From Acidobacteriota bacterium (GTDB lineage: Bacteria; Acidobacteriota; UBA6911; RPQK01; JAJDTT01), in assembly GCA_965263035.1 (NCBI GenBank), contig OZ253580.1, positions 1,664,001 to 1,728,000 on the forward strand: DNA of 64,000 bases. The letters are read 5' to 3'. Shown here in pieces: positions 40,185-51,300 of this stretch. A model generated the notes under the pieces. It did no database searches. It worked only from the letters and a program-made list of their open reading frames with translations, and was not told the DNA's origin. The translations under genes and the position numbers were made by a program. The stretch's first letter is position 1; every line of letters begins with the position of its first letter.

Positions 40185-41571
40185 TTACTCGTTCACCTGC
40201 CGTACCAGTTGGTGAATCCGGCGCACCACGATCTCTTCGATTTCAGGGGCGAAGGGCCCGGGCAGACCGACCAGCAACATCGATCGTTCCGCCTCGTATC
40301 CACCTTCCTGCAACACTCGCCGGGAGGGTATATATGTCGTAACGTCATTCGAGTAGCCGACGATCCACGAGTCTCGATCGCGGGTGGCCAGTTCTTTTCT
40401 CAAGCGCACCCCGTAGTCGGCGACCACTTCACCGCCCAGGGCGATCAAAGTGAGAGAAGACCCCAATCGAATCGCTTGTAGCGGCAACAGATGGTGGCTC
40501 GCAAGTTTGCCGTCCCGCTCCAATCGAGACAGCGAGTACTCGGCGTGCTTGCGAACGTAGTCCTTATCGGCAGATAGTCGCTTCTGAAGGAACTCACGTG
40601 TCGGCGGTGGACCGAATGGAACCGGGACTTCGGCCAACGCGCTGTCCAGGTGTCCGCGAATCGACCGGCCGGAGTCCGACATGGCTCGAGAAACCGCGGC
40701 CGCCAATGCTCCTCCATGCCGGCGGGCCAACTCGAGGCTGCCTCGTTCACCGGGTTGGGCATCTCCTCCACATCCCTGCATGAACAGAGCCACCGCACCG
40801 GAATGGGTCGCTTCCAGACCACTTTGCGCAAAGCCCGGATAGTCGCCACTGATTCGATGAAAATCGCCTCGAAGGGTGGTGGGGTGGCAGGCGTAGCTGA
40901 AGAGAATCGCTTTGACGCCCCCATCACTACTTGAGACGCGCAGCACCGGGACGCCGTGGTCCACCAGTCCCTCAGGATTGGGAGCCAGCTTGACACCCTC
41001 GGGTGTGGGCAACCGGCGACTCATAGCGAACTTCGCCTCACCGCGGTGAAAGGAGAGGCGGGCCGGCGCCAGGTCCGTCAAGGCTCCATTCACCACCTGC
41101 ACCATTCGTTCCTGCACCATCCGGGTGTAACGCCGCAACCCGCCAAGCTGTTCCTGGTCGAGAACGTACATCATCTCCAGTGGACGCCGAACATGCTCGA
41201 CCAGAGGTCCCGTATGGGTGTGAGAGGCGTTGAACAACAGCTGCCGGCGCTGGAGAGCGTGTCGCCTTTCGATTCGGGCGGCCACGGGTTCAAGCATTTC
41301 CCGCTCGAATCCGGCCAGATCGGAGGTCACGATCACGACCCGGTTCCCCGCTGGATCCTCTATCGCCAGAGCCCGGACATGGATCTCATGTGCGATCCCC
41401 TGAGAATACCGGACTCCCAAGTACCCCCACATGCAGACGGACTCGTGCGGCGTGATCGTGACTTTGGCGACTCCTGCCTTCCACCTCCGGCGCCCGGATC
41501 GCCGGCAGGGCGTTCAGAGCACTCAGAGCGAAACACAGAACCACGAATACTGTCCTGGTCTTGAGCCTCAC
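40185..41571 (-). pseudogene. Neutral/alkaline ceramidase-like protein, frameshifted just after its signal peptide
   Basis: Signal peptide VRLKTRTVFVVLCFALSALNA (GTG 41571) is out of frame with WKAGVAKVTITP...MWGY (shift near 41485-41500); rest intact: NASHTHTGP, YACHPT, SGDYPG, GGEVV.DY, GYSND, EGGYE. Confidence 0.72.
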
Positions 41572-41692
41572 ATTCCACCAACTTTCGTTCGGGATGCCTC
41601 TCGAATCCAAGTCGTCTGCTCCCGCCGGTCAACGGCGTCAACAGAACGGGCCGAGGAGCATTTTCCCTTCCGGTTCGCGGGATTCGATTTCG

Positions 41693-41721
41693 TTGACCGA
41701 AGAGGAGACAATCGCTATTCT
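41693..41721 (+). promoter_or_regulatory. Candidate sigma-70 promoter of the GWxTD-TPR operon
   Basis: TTGACC-N17-TATTCT ending 20 bp before ATG 41742. Confidence 0.5.
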
Positions 41722-41741
41722 GACGGCAATTCAGCCATCCT

Positions 41742-43325
41742 ATGTCAACCATAGCACTCATCACCATCCTGCTTCTTTTCCATGGACTCGTTTGTGCCCA
41801 GGACGTGCGGGACGAAGAGGTCGAGGACTATTTCAATAAATGGCTCCGCGAAGACGCCGTGTACATCATTTCTCCCGAGGAAAGGTCAGTCTTCGAAAAG
41901 CTCTCGAGCCCGGAAGAGAAGGAGCGCTTTATCGAACAATTCTGGTTTCGTCGTGATCCCGATCCTCGAAACGCGTTTAACGAGTTCAAGGAGGAACACT
42001 ACCGGCGCATCGCCTATGCGAATGAACATTACAAGGCGGGCAGGGCTGGCTGGACTACGGACCGCGGCCGCATCTATATCATTCATGGACCTCCCGCCAA
42101 CATCATGATGCGGCCCATGGGGGGTCTACATAAACGAACTTTGCAGGAAGGCGGTGGCGCCACGACGACTTTTCCTCACGAAGTCTGGAGTTACCGCTAC
42201 ATCGAGGGTATTGGAAACGATGTCGAATTCGAGTTCGTGGACTCGAATCTGAGCGGCAACTACCGGTTGGCCCTCACGCCGGACGAGAAGGACGCCCTCT
42301 TGTATACCGGCATGGGATCAACTCTCGAAGAGAGCCTCGGCATGAAGACCCGGGCGGACCGGATCCGGGAGCAGACCATGCTGCGCCCGTTGGAAGACCG
42401 GACTCTTGGTGCTCAGAAAAGCCCTATAGAACGCCTGCAGAATTACTTCCAGGCGTTCAGGAATCCTGCAATTACCTACAACGACTTGCAGAAGATCGTC
42501 GAAACTCGAGTCACCTACGAGGAACTCCCGCTGGGTACTCGCGCAGACTATTTTTGGGTTGCTGGGGAGAGATTCATGGCAACGGTGACGCTCCAACTGG
42601 CCAACCGGGAGCTGACCTACAAGCCAGACGGCGCCAGGAGCGGGGCGCGCGTTGACGTGTATGGCGCGGTCCAGGACCTTTCCGGAAAGATGGCCTACGA
42701 GTTCGAGCAGACTCTTTTTGTCAACACCCCTTCAGAAATCGCAATGGAAAAGGGACATACTCTCTACCAGCATGCCATCCCTTTGGAGCCGGGACGGTAC
42801 AAACTGGATTGGGTGGTTCGCGACCTTCATTCCGGAAAACTGGGCACCTCCTCACACGCTCTGATCCTGCCTCAGCGCAGAGAGGACGAGCTTTTCACCA
42901 GCTCTCTCATCCTGGCCAACCGCATCCGTGGAGGCTCAGGTGATCCCCTTGAGCCCTTCAACACACTTTCGGGTCTGAAAGTTTATCCCAACGTCAAGAA
43001 GAACACCTTCGCCCTCGGCGATAAAATCGGCTTTTATTTCGAAATCTACAACGCTGCCCTGGACTCGGCTTCAGGCAACCCGGCTCTGCACGCCGTCCTG
43101 CGCATCCGGGGTCGCGAGGATCAGGTCGTGGAAGAGCGGCGGCTGGACGAGTGGGCTCTGAACTACGCCAACGAGCGGGCTTTTGGCTCGACCATCCTGC
43201 GCCTCGATTCCATGACGCCCGGTTCCTACCTGGCCGAGGTTTCGGTTCAAGATTCGATTTCCGGGCAGCACAAGACACTCACCTCCCGCTTCCGACTGGT
43301 TTCTCCGGACGCTGACGGCGAATGA
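41742..43325 (+). CDS. GWxTD domain protein
   Basis: Signal peptide, KWL.ED..YII, FIEQFW.RRDPDP, EEHYRRIAYAN, GWTTDRGRIYIIHGPP; C-terminal Ig-like regions. Confidence 0.93.
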   Translation: MSTIALITILLLFHGLVCAQDVRDEEVEDYFNKWLREDAVYIISPEERSVFEKLSSPEEKERFIEQFWFRRDPDPRNAFNEFKEEHYRRIAYANEHYKAGRAGWTTDRGRIYIIHGPPANIMMRPMGGLHKRTLQEGGGATTTFPHEVWSYRYIEGIGNDVEFEFVDSNLSGNYRLALTPDEKDALLYTGMGSTLEESLGMKTRADRIREQTMLRPLEDRTLGAQKSPIERLQNYFQAFRNPAITYNDLQKIVETRVTYEELPLGTRADYFWVAGERFMATVTLQLANRELTYKPDGARSGARVDVYGAVQDLSGKMAYEFEQTLFVNTPSEIAMEKGHTLYQHAIPLEPGRYKLDWVVRDLHSGKLGTSSHALILPQRREDELFTSSLILANRIRGGSGDPLEPFNTLSGLKVYPNVKKNTFALGDKIGFYFEIYNAALDSASGNPALHAVLRIRGREDQVVEERRLDEWALNYANERAFGSTILRLDSMTPGSYLAEVSVQDSISGQHKTLTSRFRLVSPDADGE

Positions 43326-43341
43326 TGTCGAGGAGTGTCCA

Positions 43342-44547
43342 TTGATTCCATCAGGAGCGCCGTCACTGCGCCCCCAGGGAAGGGTTTCTACGCTCCGGAC
43401 AACTCCGGCGGGAAACTCCCGCCCCCGCCTATGGGCCGTGGTTGCGATATTCGGCCTGAGTTCACTTCTCCGGGCCCAGACGGTGGATCTTGAGCAGGTG
43501 CAAGCTCTCGCCAGCTCCGGCGACCTGGCGGAGGCGCGACTCCTTCTCACCAGAGCCGTGGCAGCGGATCCGCTATCGACGCAACTATGGGCCATGCTCG
43601 GGGGCGTGTGTGCAAAGCTCGAGGATTGGCCCGCCGCCCGGGACGCCTACGATCAGGCTCTGCGTCGAGCACCGGAGAACCCCAGGCTTCTGGCTGGACT
43701 GGGTTTTGTCCTGGCTCGTCAGGGCCAACTCAAGAAAGCAACGACGACGCTCCAAAAGAGTTTGAGCCTTGACCCGGAGAACGCGTCGATTCGCTTCCTG
43801 CTGGGGCGGGTTCAGTTCGAGGCGCAGCAATTCGAAGCGGCCGTGTCCAACTTCGAGCAGGCGATTCTCAAGGAGCCGGATAACGAGACATTTTATCTGG
43901 ACTACGCCCGGATTCTGGCGCGAGGTCAAGCCTATTCCGGGGCGGAGAAGATCCTGGAGTACGGCCTACAGCAACTGCCTCGTTCGGCCGCGATCCGCTT
44001 CGAGTTGGCGGTCTGCCACCAGAAGCAGTTGAAGAGCCGGAAGGCGCAGCAGGCGTTTCGGCGCGTGATCGAGTTGGACGCGACCTTCCCCGGGATCTAC
44101 GCCGCGCTGGCCAGTTCGTTGCTGGAGAGCGGGCAGTTGGAGGACGCGGAGCCCGTACTCCGGAATGCACTCAAGACCAACGGCAGCGATTTCGACGCGC
44201 TCTATCTTTACGCCGTGTTGCTCACCCGGCTGGGACGACAACCGGAGGCTGTTGCGCAATTCAGGAAATGTCTTGAGTTGAGAGCCGATGACGCTCGAGT
44301 CCACTACCAGTTGGGTAAGACGTTATCTGAATCCGGGGAGATTGAGGCTGCGGAATCCGAGTTGAACGCCGCAGTCCGGCTATCCCCCGAGTTCAAGGAA
44401 GCCCATCTGGAGTTGGGTCGCCTCCATTCCAAGCAGGGCCTCACGCAAAAGGCGCGGCAGGCTTTTGGCAGGTTCGAAGAACTCCGTCAGAAACAGGAAC
44501 GGGAGGACCAGGAACAACCCAGCAGAGTCCTGATCATCGAGGACTGA
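43342..44547 (+). CDS. Tetratricopeptide repeat protein, exported
   Basis: About nine 34-aa TPR-like units (e.g. ALRRAPENPRLLAGLG, CLELRADDARVHYQLG); 16 bp downstream of GWxTD. Confidence 0.88.
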   Translation: MIPSGAPSLRPQGRVSTLRTTPAGNSRPRLWAVVAIFGLSSLLRAQTVDLEQVQALASSGDLAEARLLLTRAVAADPLSTQLWAMLGGVCAKLEDWPAARDAYDQALRRAPENPRLLAGLGFVLARQGQLKKATTTLQKSLSLDPENASIRFLLGRVQFEAQQFEAAVSNFEQAILKEPDNETFYLDYARILARGQAYSGAEKILEYGLQQLPRSAAIRFELAVCHQKQLKSRKAQQAFRRVIELDATFPGIYAALASSLLESGQLEDAEPVLRNALKTNGSDFDALYLYAVLLTRLGRQPEAVAQFRKCLELRADDARVHYQLGKTLSESGEIEAAESELNAAVRLSPEFKEAHLELGRLHSKQGLTQKARQAFGRFEELRQKQEREDQEQPSRVLIIED

Positions 44548-44578
44548 ACCCAAGCTGGAGGTGTTTCTGCGTTCCAAG

Positions 44579-44737
44579 CAGTCCGTGGTGAAGGTCCCGC
44601 GTAGCACCGAGACCGGAGTTGCGCCCGCCGGACAGGGTGTGACGAGGGAGCATACCGGGAGTATGGGACCGAGGAACAACGCAGTCCGCCGGGATGCAGA
44701 TCCGGTCGAATGCCGCGACGACCTTTGCCAGAGGCTG
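44579..44737. mobile_element. MITE family A, diverged inverted copy
   Basis: Reverse complement aligns along the length of 4906..5064 (shared CATACTCCCGGTATGCTCCCTC, CGGTCTCGGTGCT, TTCACCACGGACTG); no clean target duplication. Confidence 0.75.
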
Positions 44738-44905
44738 ACTTCCGTGCTCGAACGCGCGGGATCTGCTCCGATCGTTCGTAATTTCTCGCCCAGTTTGACT
44801 CTTCCTCTCATCGGGTTCAGGATTGCCTACAGCTTTTTCATTCAGGCAGGAAGCCTCCGTGTCCCATCTGAATAGCACCACATCCGACAAAGGGAGAATG
44901 GCCGA

Positions 44906-47900
44906 ATGATCTCTCCACGAAGCTTCAACGCTATTTTTATTGGCCTTATTGGGCTCTTTCTATTTCCGGCTGCGGCCCTTGCCCAAGAGGCGCAAGGAGT
45001 CATTGTAGGGATCGTGCAGGATAAGACGAGAGCCGTCGTACCTGGTGTTGAGGTGACGGTTACGGACGTCGGTCAGGGGCGGTCGCGGGTAACGATCACC
45101 GGCGATGCCGGCAACTACCGGGTCGGCAATCTCGACCCCGGGGAATACGAAATCAGAGCTTCCCTGGTCGGATTCGAAACCACGGTCCTGACCGGAATCG
45201 TACTGCAGGTGGGTCAGATCGCCCGGATTCCGATCACACTGTCGGTGGGCGAAGTCTCCCAGGAATTGACGGTTGAAAGTGTGTCTCCCATCATCCAGAC
45301 CGACCACGCAACGGTGGGCGAAGTCATAGACACGACCAAAGTGACGGAACTTCCCCTGAACGGCCGTGATTTTTACCAGTTGGCGACCCTGACGCCTGGC
45401 GTGGTCGCGAATACTCAAGACCAGGTGGGCGTCTTTGCCCACACCGGGACCAGTATCTCGGCCAATGGTATCGGCCCGCAGTCGACCAATGTCATGGTCG
45501 ATGGAATTCAAAACGTCGAGTTCGGCGCCGGCCGGCTGGCCTTCACCCCCAGCATTGACCTGATTCAAGAGTTCCAGATCGTCACCAACGTCTACGACGC
45601 CGAGTTTGGGGGAACCCCGGCCGCCCAGATCAACATGGCGACCAAGCGCGGGTCTCTCGACTATCACGGCTCCCTTTTCTATTTTCGCCGCAGTGACGCC
45701 CTGGATGCGCGCAACTTTTTTGAAACGGGAGCACTCCCTCCCTTCGAACGTGAACAGTTCGGAGGCTCCCTCGGCGGGCATGTTCCCGGATCGGAAAAGG
45801 ACTTCTTCTTTTTCGTGTACGAGGGGCAACGGCAAGCCCGCGGTTTGACACTACGGGCCAGCGTGCCCCCGGTTGCGCTTCGGAATGGGGATTTCGGTGA
45901 GTTCGGGACGACCATTTACGATCCAATGACCACGGACCCGGCCACCGGCGAGCGGCAGCCCTTCCCCAACAACGTGATCCCAGCGAACAGAATCACTCCC
46001 CAGGCCGCCTATATATCCTCGCTGTGGCCTGAGCCGACCCTCCCCGGAACCGTGGCAAACTTCGTCGCCAACCCGGATCGGCTTCGCAACTTCGATCAAT
46101 GGAGCATACGCTACGATCGCGACCTGACCGATGCGGACAGCATCATGGTTCGTTTTACCCGGAACAAGAATTCCTATCTGGAGCCTCAGCCGAGGGCCTT
46201 CACGTTGCCGGTCAATGGATTCCGTCAAAACCAGACGTTCGTCGGACCGAACTGGAAAGCAGGCTGGACCCGTACCATCAGCCCGACCACGCTGAACAGC
46301 TTCAACATCGGTTACAGCAAGTTCGATCAGTGTCGCGACTCGGAGGCCACGGATCCTGAACTTTTCGGGTGTGGCGGGCCTCACGGTCCACTGACCGGAC
46401 CGGAGTTTTTCGAAAATTCCGGAATCCAAGGCGTCTCGCCCGAAGCGCAACGTGCCGATATCCCCAGGATCCGGGTCAGCGGCTGGAATGACATCGCGAC
46501 TTCGACCTTTGCACCCGTCGCCTCCAAAGAACCTCATTACCAGATCAACAACGTGTTCAGTAAGGTTGAGGGGAATCATTCCTGGAAGGCGGGAGTCGAC
46601 ATCCTCGACAGCTTTTTTGAACTGAATTTCGAGGCCCGCACGCGTGGCAGGATCGATTTCGCGTCTCGGTTCACGACCGCCTCCGTGGGCTCCCCAGGAA
46701 ACGAGTTCCATTCATTCGCGGACTTTCTCCTGGGACAGGTCAATTTCAGCAACTTGTTCGGAAACGCCTTGTTCCAGGAGATAGAACTGACCTGGTGGAG
46801 CTTTTTCATTCAAGACGACTGGAGCGTCCACCCCGATGTGACGCTCAATCTCGGTCTTCGGTATGAGATATTTCAGCGCCCCGTGGAGAGGGGTAATCGT
46901 GTCGTGGCCTTCGACCTCGCGACCGAACAGTTCGTTTTCCCGGGTTCGGTGCCCAACCTGCCGGGCACCCCTCCCAATTCGGTGACCGCCGATAGCCTGG
47001 GCTATTCCCGCACCCTGCAGCATGACACGGACCGGAATGATTACGGCCCCCGCTTGGGTTTCGCCTGGAGAATCGGTGGAGACAACAGCACCGTGTTGCG
47101 GGGTGGCTTCGGTGTCTTCTACACCTGGTTTGTGGAAGACATGCAGGTCGGCCAGGGTTTCGGCCCACCCTTCGTGCCTCAGGCCAGCAACCGCAGCGAT
47201 CCGGATCGCCCGGCCGCGACCTTCGAAGCCCCGTTTGCCGGCAGCGCGGCTGCCACGGTGAGACCCTCAGGAGTCGCGGTTAAAGACAACAACACCGGAT
47301 ATCTCTACCAGTACTCGCTGGGCTTGGATCGAGCCCTGACCCCCACGCTGGGTTTCGAGATCAGTATTGTCGGGAATGCCGCACGCAAGATGCTTCGCAG
47401 TCACAATTACAATCAGGCGATCCCGGGGCCCGCACCCATTTCCGAACGGGTCCCCTTCCCGCAGTATGGAAGCCTCACTGCCCGGCAAAGCTGGGCCAAC
47501 GGCAGTTACAGCGGGCTCCAAATGAAGCTTCGCAAGGATTTTTCGGGAGGTCTGATGGGGCTGGTTTCCTATACCTGGGGAAGGGCGATAGGCCACGTGG
47601 TTCCAGGGGCGGCCTTCCGCCAACAGCCCAATCGGAATCACAATAACTGGAAAGCGGACTACGGACCGACGCAGTGGGATATCCCTCAGATCCTTTCCCT
47701 GTCCTGGGTCTGGGATCTCCCCGTGGGCCGCGGCAAACCGGTAGGGAAGGATCTGACGGGGGTCGCCAATGCCATCTTCGGTGGGTGGAAATTCGGCGGC
47801 ATCGCCAATTTCCAAGCCGGAAACAAGTTTACGGTCGGCGATATTTTCAATAACTCGAACGCCGGGGGCAGCCGGCCCGACATGATCAGCAATCCGAACG

Positions 47901-48223
47901 GCGTTTCTCATGGCTCCAACGCCTCCAAGATCGCCCAGTTTTTCAAGACGTCCGCTTTCGTCCGGGCGCCGAGATATACGTTCGGCAATACTGGGGTCGG
48001 GGTGGTTTCGGGTCCCGGCCTGGGGATTTGGGATCTATCCCTGTACAAGGACATCCACGTGGGCGAGGGGATGCGAGCTCAATTCCGGGTGGAGTTTTTC
48101 AACGCCTTCAACAAAGCCAACTTCTTCAATCCGAACAGCGCGTTCGGCAGCAGCAGCTTCGGCGTGATCAGCCGGACCCGAGATGCCCGCCAGATTCAGT
48201 GGGGGCTCCGTTTCGACTTCTAG
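44906..48223 (+). CDS. TonB-dependent receptor, Oar/Acidobacteria type
   Basis: GIVQDKTRAVVPG, LPLNGR, QEFQIVTNVYDAEFG, FIQDDW, terminal RQIQWGLRFDF; clear paralogue of 26701..30090. Confidence 0.93.
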   Translation: MISPRSFNAIFIGLIGLFLFPAAALAQEAQGVIVGIVQDKTRAVVPGVEVTVTDVGQGRSRVTITGDAGNYRVGNLDPGEYEIRASLVGFETTVLTGIVLQVGQIARIPITLSVGEVSQELTVESVSPIIQTDHATVGEVIDTTKVTELPLNGRDFYQLATLTPGVVANTQDQVGVFAHTGTSISANGIGPQSTNVMVDGIQNVEFGAGRLAFTPSIDLIQEFQIVTNVYDAEFGGTPAAQINMATKRGSLDYHGSLFYFRRSDALDARNFFETGALPPFEREQFGGSLGGHVPGSEKDFFFFVYEGQRQARGLTLRASVPPVALRNGDFGEFGTTIYDPMTTDPATGERQPFPNNVIPANRITPQAAYISSLWPEPTLPGTVANFVANPDRLRNFDQWSIRYDRDLTDADSIMVRFTRNKNSYLEPQPRAFTLPVNGFRQNQTFVGPNWKAGWTRTISPTTLNSFNIGYSKFDQCRDSEATDPELFGCGGPHGPLTGPEFFENSGIQGVSPEAQRADIPRIRVSGWNDIATSTFAPVASKEPHYQINNVFSKVEGNHSWKAGVDILDSFFELNFEARTRGRIDFASRFTTASVGSPGNEFHSFADFLLGQVNFSNLFGNALFQEIELTWWSFFIQDDWSVHPDVTLNLGLRYEIFQRPVERGNRVVAFDLATEQFVFPGSVPNLPGTPPNSVTADSLGYSRTLQHDTDRNDYGPRLGFAWRIGGDNSTVLRGGFGVFYTWFVEDMQVGQGFGPPFVPQASNRSDPDRPAATFEAPFAGSAAATVRPSGVAVKDNNTGYLYQYSLGLDRALTPTLGFEISIVGNAARKMLRSHNYNQAIPGPAPISERVPFPQYGSLTARQSWANGSYSGLQMKLRKDFSGGLMGLVSYTWGRAIGHVVPGAAFRQQPNRNHNNWKADYGPTQWDIPQILSLSWVWDLPVGRGKPVGKDLTGVANAIFGGWKFGGIANFQAGNKFTVGDIFNNSNAGGSRPDMISNPNGVSHGSNASKIAQFFKTSAFVRAPRYTFGNTGVGVVSGPGLGIWDLSLYKDIHVGEGMRAQFRVEFFNAFNKANFFNPNSAFGSSSFGVISRTRDARQIQWGLRFDF

Positions 48224-48239
48224 TCCTCATTTCCAACCG

Positions 48240-48385
48240 GGGGGCGCAAGGAGGGGCGATTTCCAGTCGCCCCTTCCTCGGCACCCCCGTACGCTCATTC
48301 CCCCATGCTCTCCTGACCCCTTGGGAGTTCGGCGGTTAGAAACCGCCGCTCCGCTCATGTTCGGCGACTAAAAGTCGCCGCTCCC
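48240..48385. repeat. REP-like cluster overlapping the 3' end of the haem-protein gene
   Basis: GGAGGGGCGATTTCCAGTCGCCC, CGGCGGTTAGAAACCGCCGCTCC, CGGCGACTAAAAGTCGCCGCTCCC. Confidence 0.78.
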
Positions 48386-51300
48386 GGCCGCGGTGTCCGC
48401 GCCCAGGTGGGTCAGGTATTCCAGAAGATCCGTCATCTGCCGGACGCTGATGTCTTCCTGGACTCCCTCCGGCATGGCGGACACTCCCAGAGACCGGAGA
48501 TTGGCGATCTGGCTCCGGGCGAGCGTGTCCTCCTCTCCCTCGCTTCGCCTCAGGGTGACCGTCGCCGGTCCCTGGCTGGCCATCACGCCCGTCAGCGCGC
48601 GTCCGTCATGGGTCTCGACCAGGTACTCCTCATATCCGGGGACGATGTTGGAGTTGGGATCGAGAATGTTTTCCAGGAATTCGTACTTGGTCCGGCCTGA
48701 AAGGCTGAGCAGGTCCGGTCCGACCTCCGAGCCGGTATCCCCGACCTTGTGACACTGACTGCAATGCTCGGAGAAGACGTCGCGTCCGGCATCGATGTCT
48801 CCGGTAGTGCGGGCGGCAACTCCGTATTGGTCCGTCAACGCCCGCAGGTCGGGAGGCGAACTCCGCAGGAGAGTCCTGGCGCGATCCAGGGTCTCTCCCT
48901 CCGAGACCCGAAACAGGCGGCCTCGCCTGGCGCCTCGGATGGTCCAGGGCTGCACGGTCCCCGCCTCGACAGCGTCCAGCAGGCTGGGCACCCGCCTCGG
49001 TTCTCTGAGGATCCCGTCCAGTGCCACGTTCTGGAGAGAAGCCGTGAACGATCGCCAGGCGTCCAGAAGAATCTCAGTCGACTTCGGATGGGGCAGGACG
49101 ATCAGCGCGCGCGTCGCCGCCATCTGAATCTCTTCCGGCTGCCGGGGTTGCAGCAACCCTGCCAGCAGGGAGTAGTCCGTCCGGGAGGGGGCCAGGGCCG
49201 CCAATCGGATGGCGTGGACCCGTGCGTCAAGACCGGCTCCCTCATCGGCGGCCAGCGCGGCAGCCTGCCGCATCAAAGACCGAAATTGGAGCGTGTCCGA
49301 CAGACGGACTCCGTCCACGACCTCAAGAGCCGCTGTGCCCAACCGATTCGGTTTGGACAGAAACTCCAACAGGATTTGCTGTGCCCGGCGGGGAAGGTTG
49401 ACCTCTGACTCGGTCCCCCGTTTCAATCCTTCCGCCAGTCCTTCCAGGCTCAGAGCGGGCCACCACAGGTCCGCATCCCCCGCGGCATTGAGCACGGCCG
49501 CCAGAACCGCCGTCAGTTCCCGAGCCTTCTGGCGGGCTCCGATCATGGAAGTCAGCCGGCGCAGGAAAAGCTGCCGGCCCTCCGTCCCTCCAGAGGTGAA
49601 CTCTTCGTTCCGGATCACGGCGCGAAACCACCGGACCGGGTCGTCAGCGGTGGCGCTGAGCACCGCGACCTGAAACCAAGGGTCCTCCATGTGGTCCGCG
49701 GCGATCTCCACCAAGGGCTTGAAAGCAATGTTGGCAGGAAGTTCTCCCAGCGTGCACGCCAACTGGAACCGGACCCGCTCATCCGGGTCCCCGGTCATCT
49801 CCATCATCCGGTCCACGATGCGGCGGTCCGACAGATAGGACTCCCCCATGCGGATCGCCTGCTCGCGAACCTCCGGGCTTTCGTCACTCAAACCGCCCAG
49901 AACCAGGCCGGCGTCCAAGGCATCCAGCCCTTCCAGCGTCCAGAGGGCATGCATTCGGCCGCGGGCCGAGGCACCGCTACGGGCGAGCTCCTTCAGGCGG
50001 GGAACCACCGACTGATCTTGACTCTCAACCAGGAGCCGCTGGGCCGTGAGCCGCCACCACCGATTGGGATGGGAGAGCCGGTCTGCAAGTTCCGCCGCGC
50101 CGGCCTGGTCGAGTCGAGGCGGCTGCTCCGGCTCTGTCTCGCCGTGGACGATCCGGTAGATCCGGCCGTGATCCTGACCCGCGTAAAACAGTTCCTGGTC
50201 GTCGACGAAGTCCTCACGAATCCATTCCGGATGCTCGACGATCTTTCGGTGGAAGTCGACCACGTACAGGGCCCCGTCGGGACCGGTCGTGGTGAAGACC
50301 GGCATGAACCAGCTGTCCCGGGAAGCCAGGAACTCGGACTCCTCAAAGGCGCCGGCGCCGGTATAGGTCGCCCCCTGCGCCGACAGAATATCGCTGTGCA
50401 CGAGATTGTGCGCCGGCTCTGCGATGAAATAGGCCCCATGGTACCGCTGGGGAAATCGGCCGCCCGCATAGATGCTCTGGCCGCAGGCGGAAGTGAAATG
50501 GCCGAGCTCCTTCAACAGACGAGTCTGGCGAATGTCCTGAAGGTGCGGATCGTCGGTAATGGGATAGACCGGCGCCGGTTGTCCGTGGTCGGAAACCGTC
50601 TGCATGGGGTTGTCGACCTGGAGATGGGGATTGCGGTCCAGGTATCGAGTTTCGATCACCGAATGCCTCAGATGATTGTTGTTCCAGGAGGGGAAGCGGT
50701 GGCCTCTGGCATTGAAGGTGTGCCCGAACTCGGAGTTGCCGCTGACCGGCTCGAGCTGCAGCTTGTCCGGCTTGAAGCGAATATCCGAACGCCGCTCGAA
50801 GACATCGACGGGTGCGATCTCGGGATGATCGGGGAAATGGATCGGCTGGCCCTGATCGCTGAACTGCTTGAAGCGGCGGCCGACCCCGAATCTCGGGTAG
50901 GCGGCGTAGATCCAGTTGTCCATTTCATAGAGCGGCGTATTGATGCGGAGCTGTGGATTGACCTGCGCGAAGCCGGTCAGGATCACTTTGCGCTGGTCGG
51001 CCCGGCCGTCGTCATCGGTGTCGGTGAAATGGAGAATGTCGGGGGCGCAGGTGACCAGGATCCCCCCCTTCCAGGGCAACACGCCATGGGCCATGTGGAG
51101 CCCGTCGACGAACACGCTGCTGTGCTCGAACCGGCCGTCGCCGTCCCGATCCTCGAGCAGCTTGATCCTGGAAAGTGGTTTGTCGGAGATGGGGTAGTCC
51201 CTCATCTCGACGACGAACAGGCGGCCGCGTTCATCGAACGCCATGGAGACGGGATCCACGACCTGGGGTTCGGCAGCCGCCAGCTCGATCCGGAAACCCG

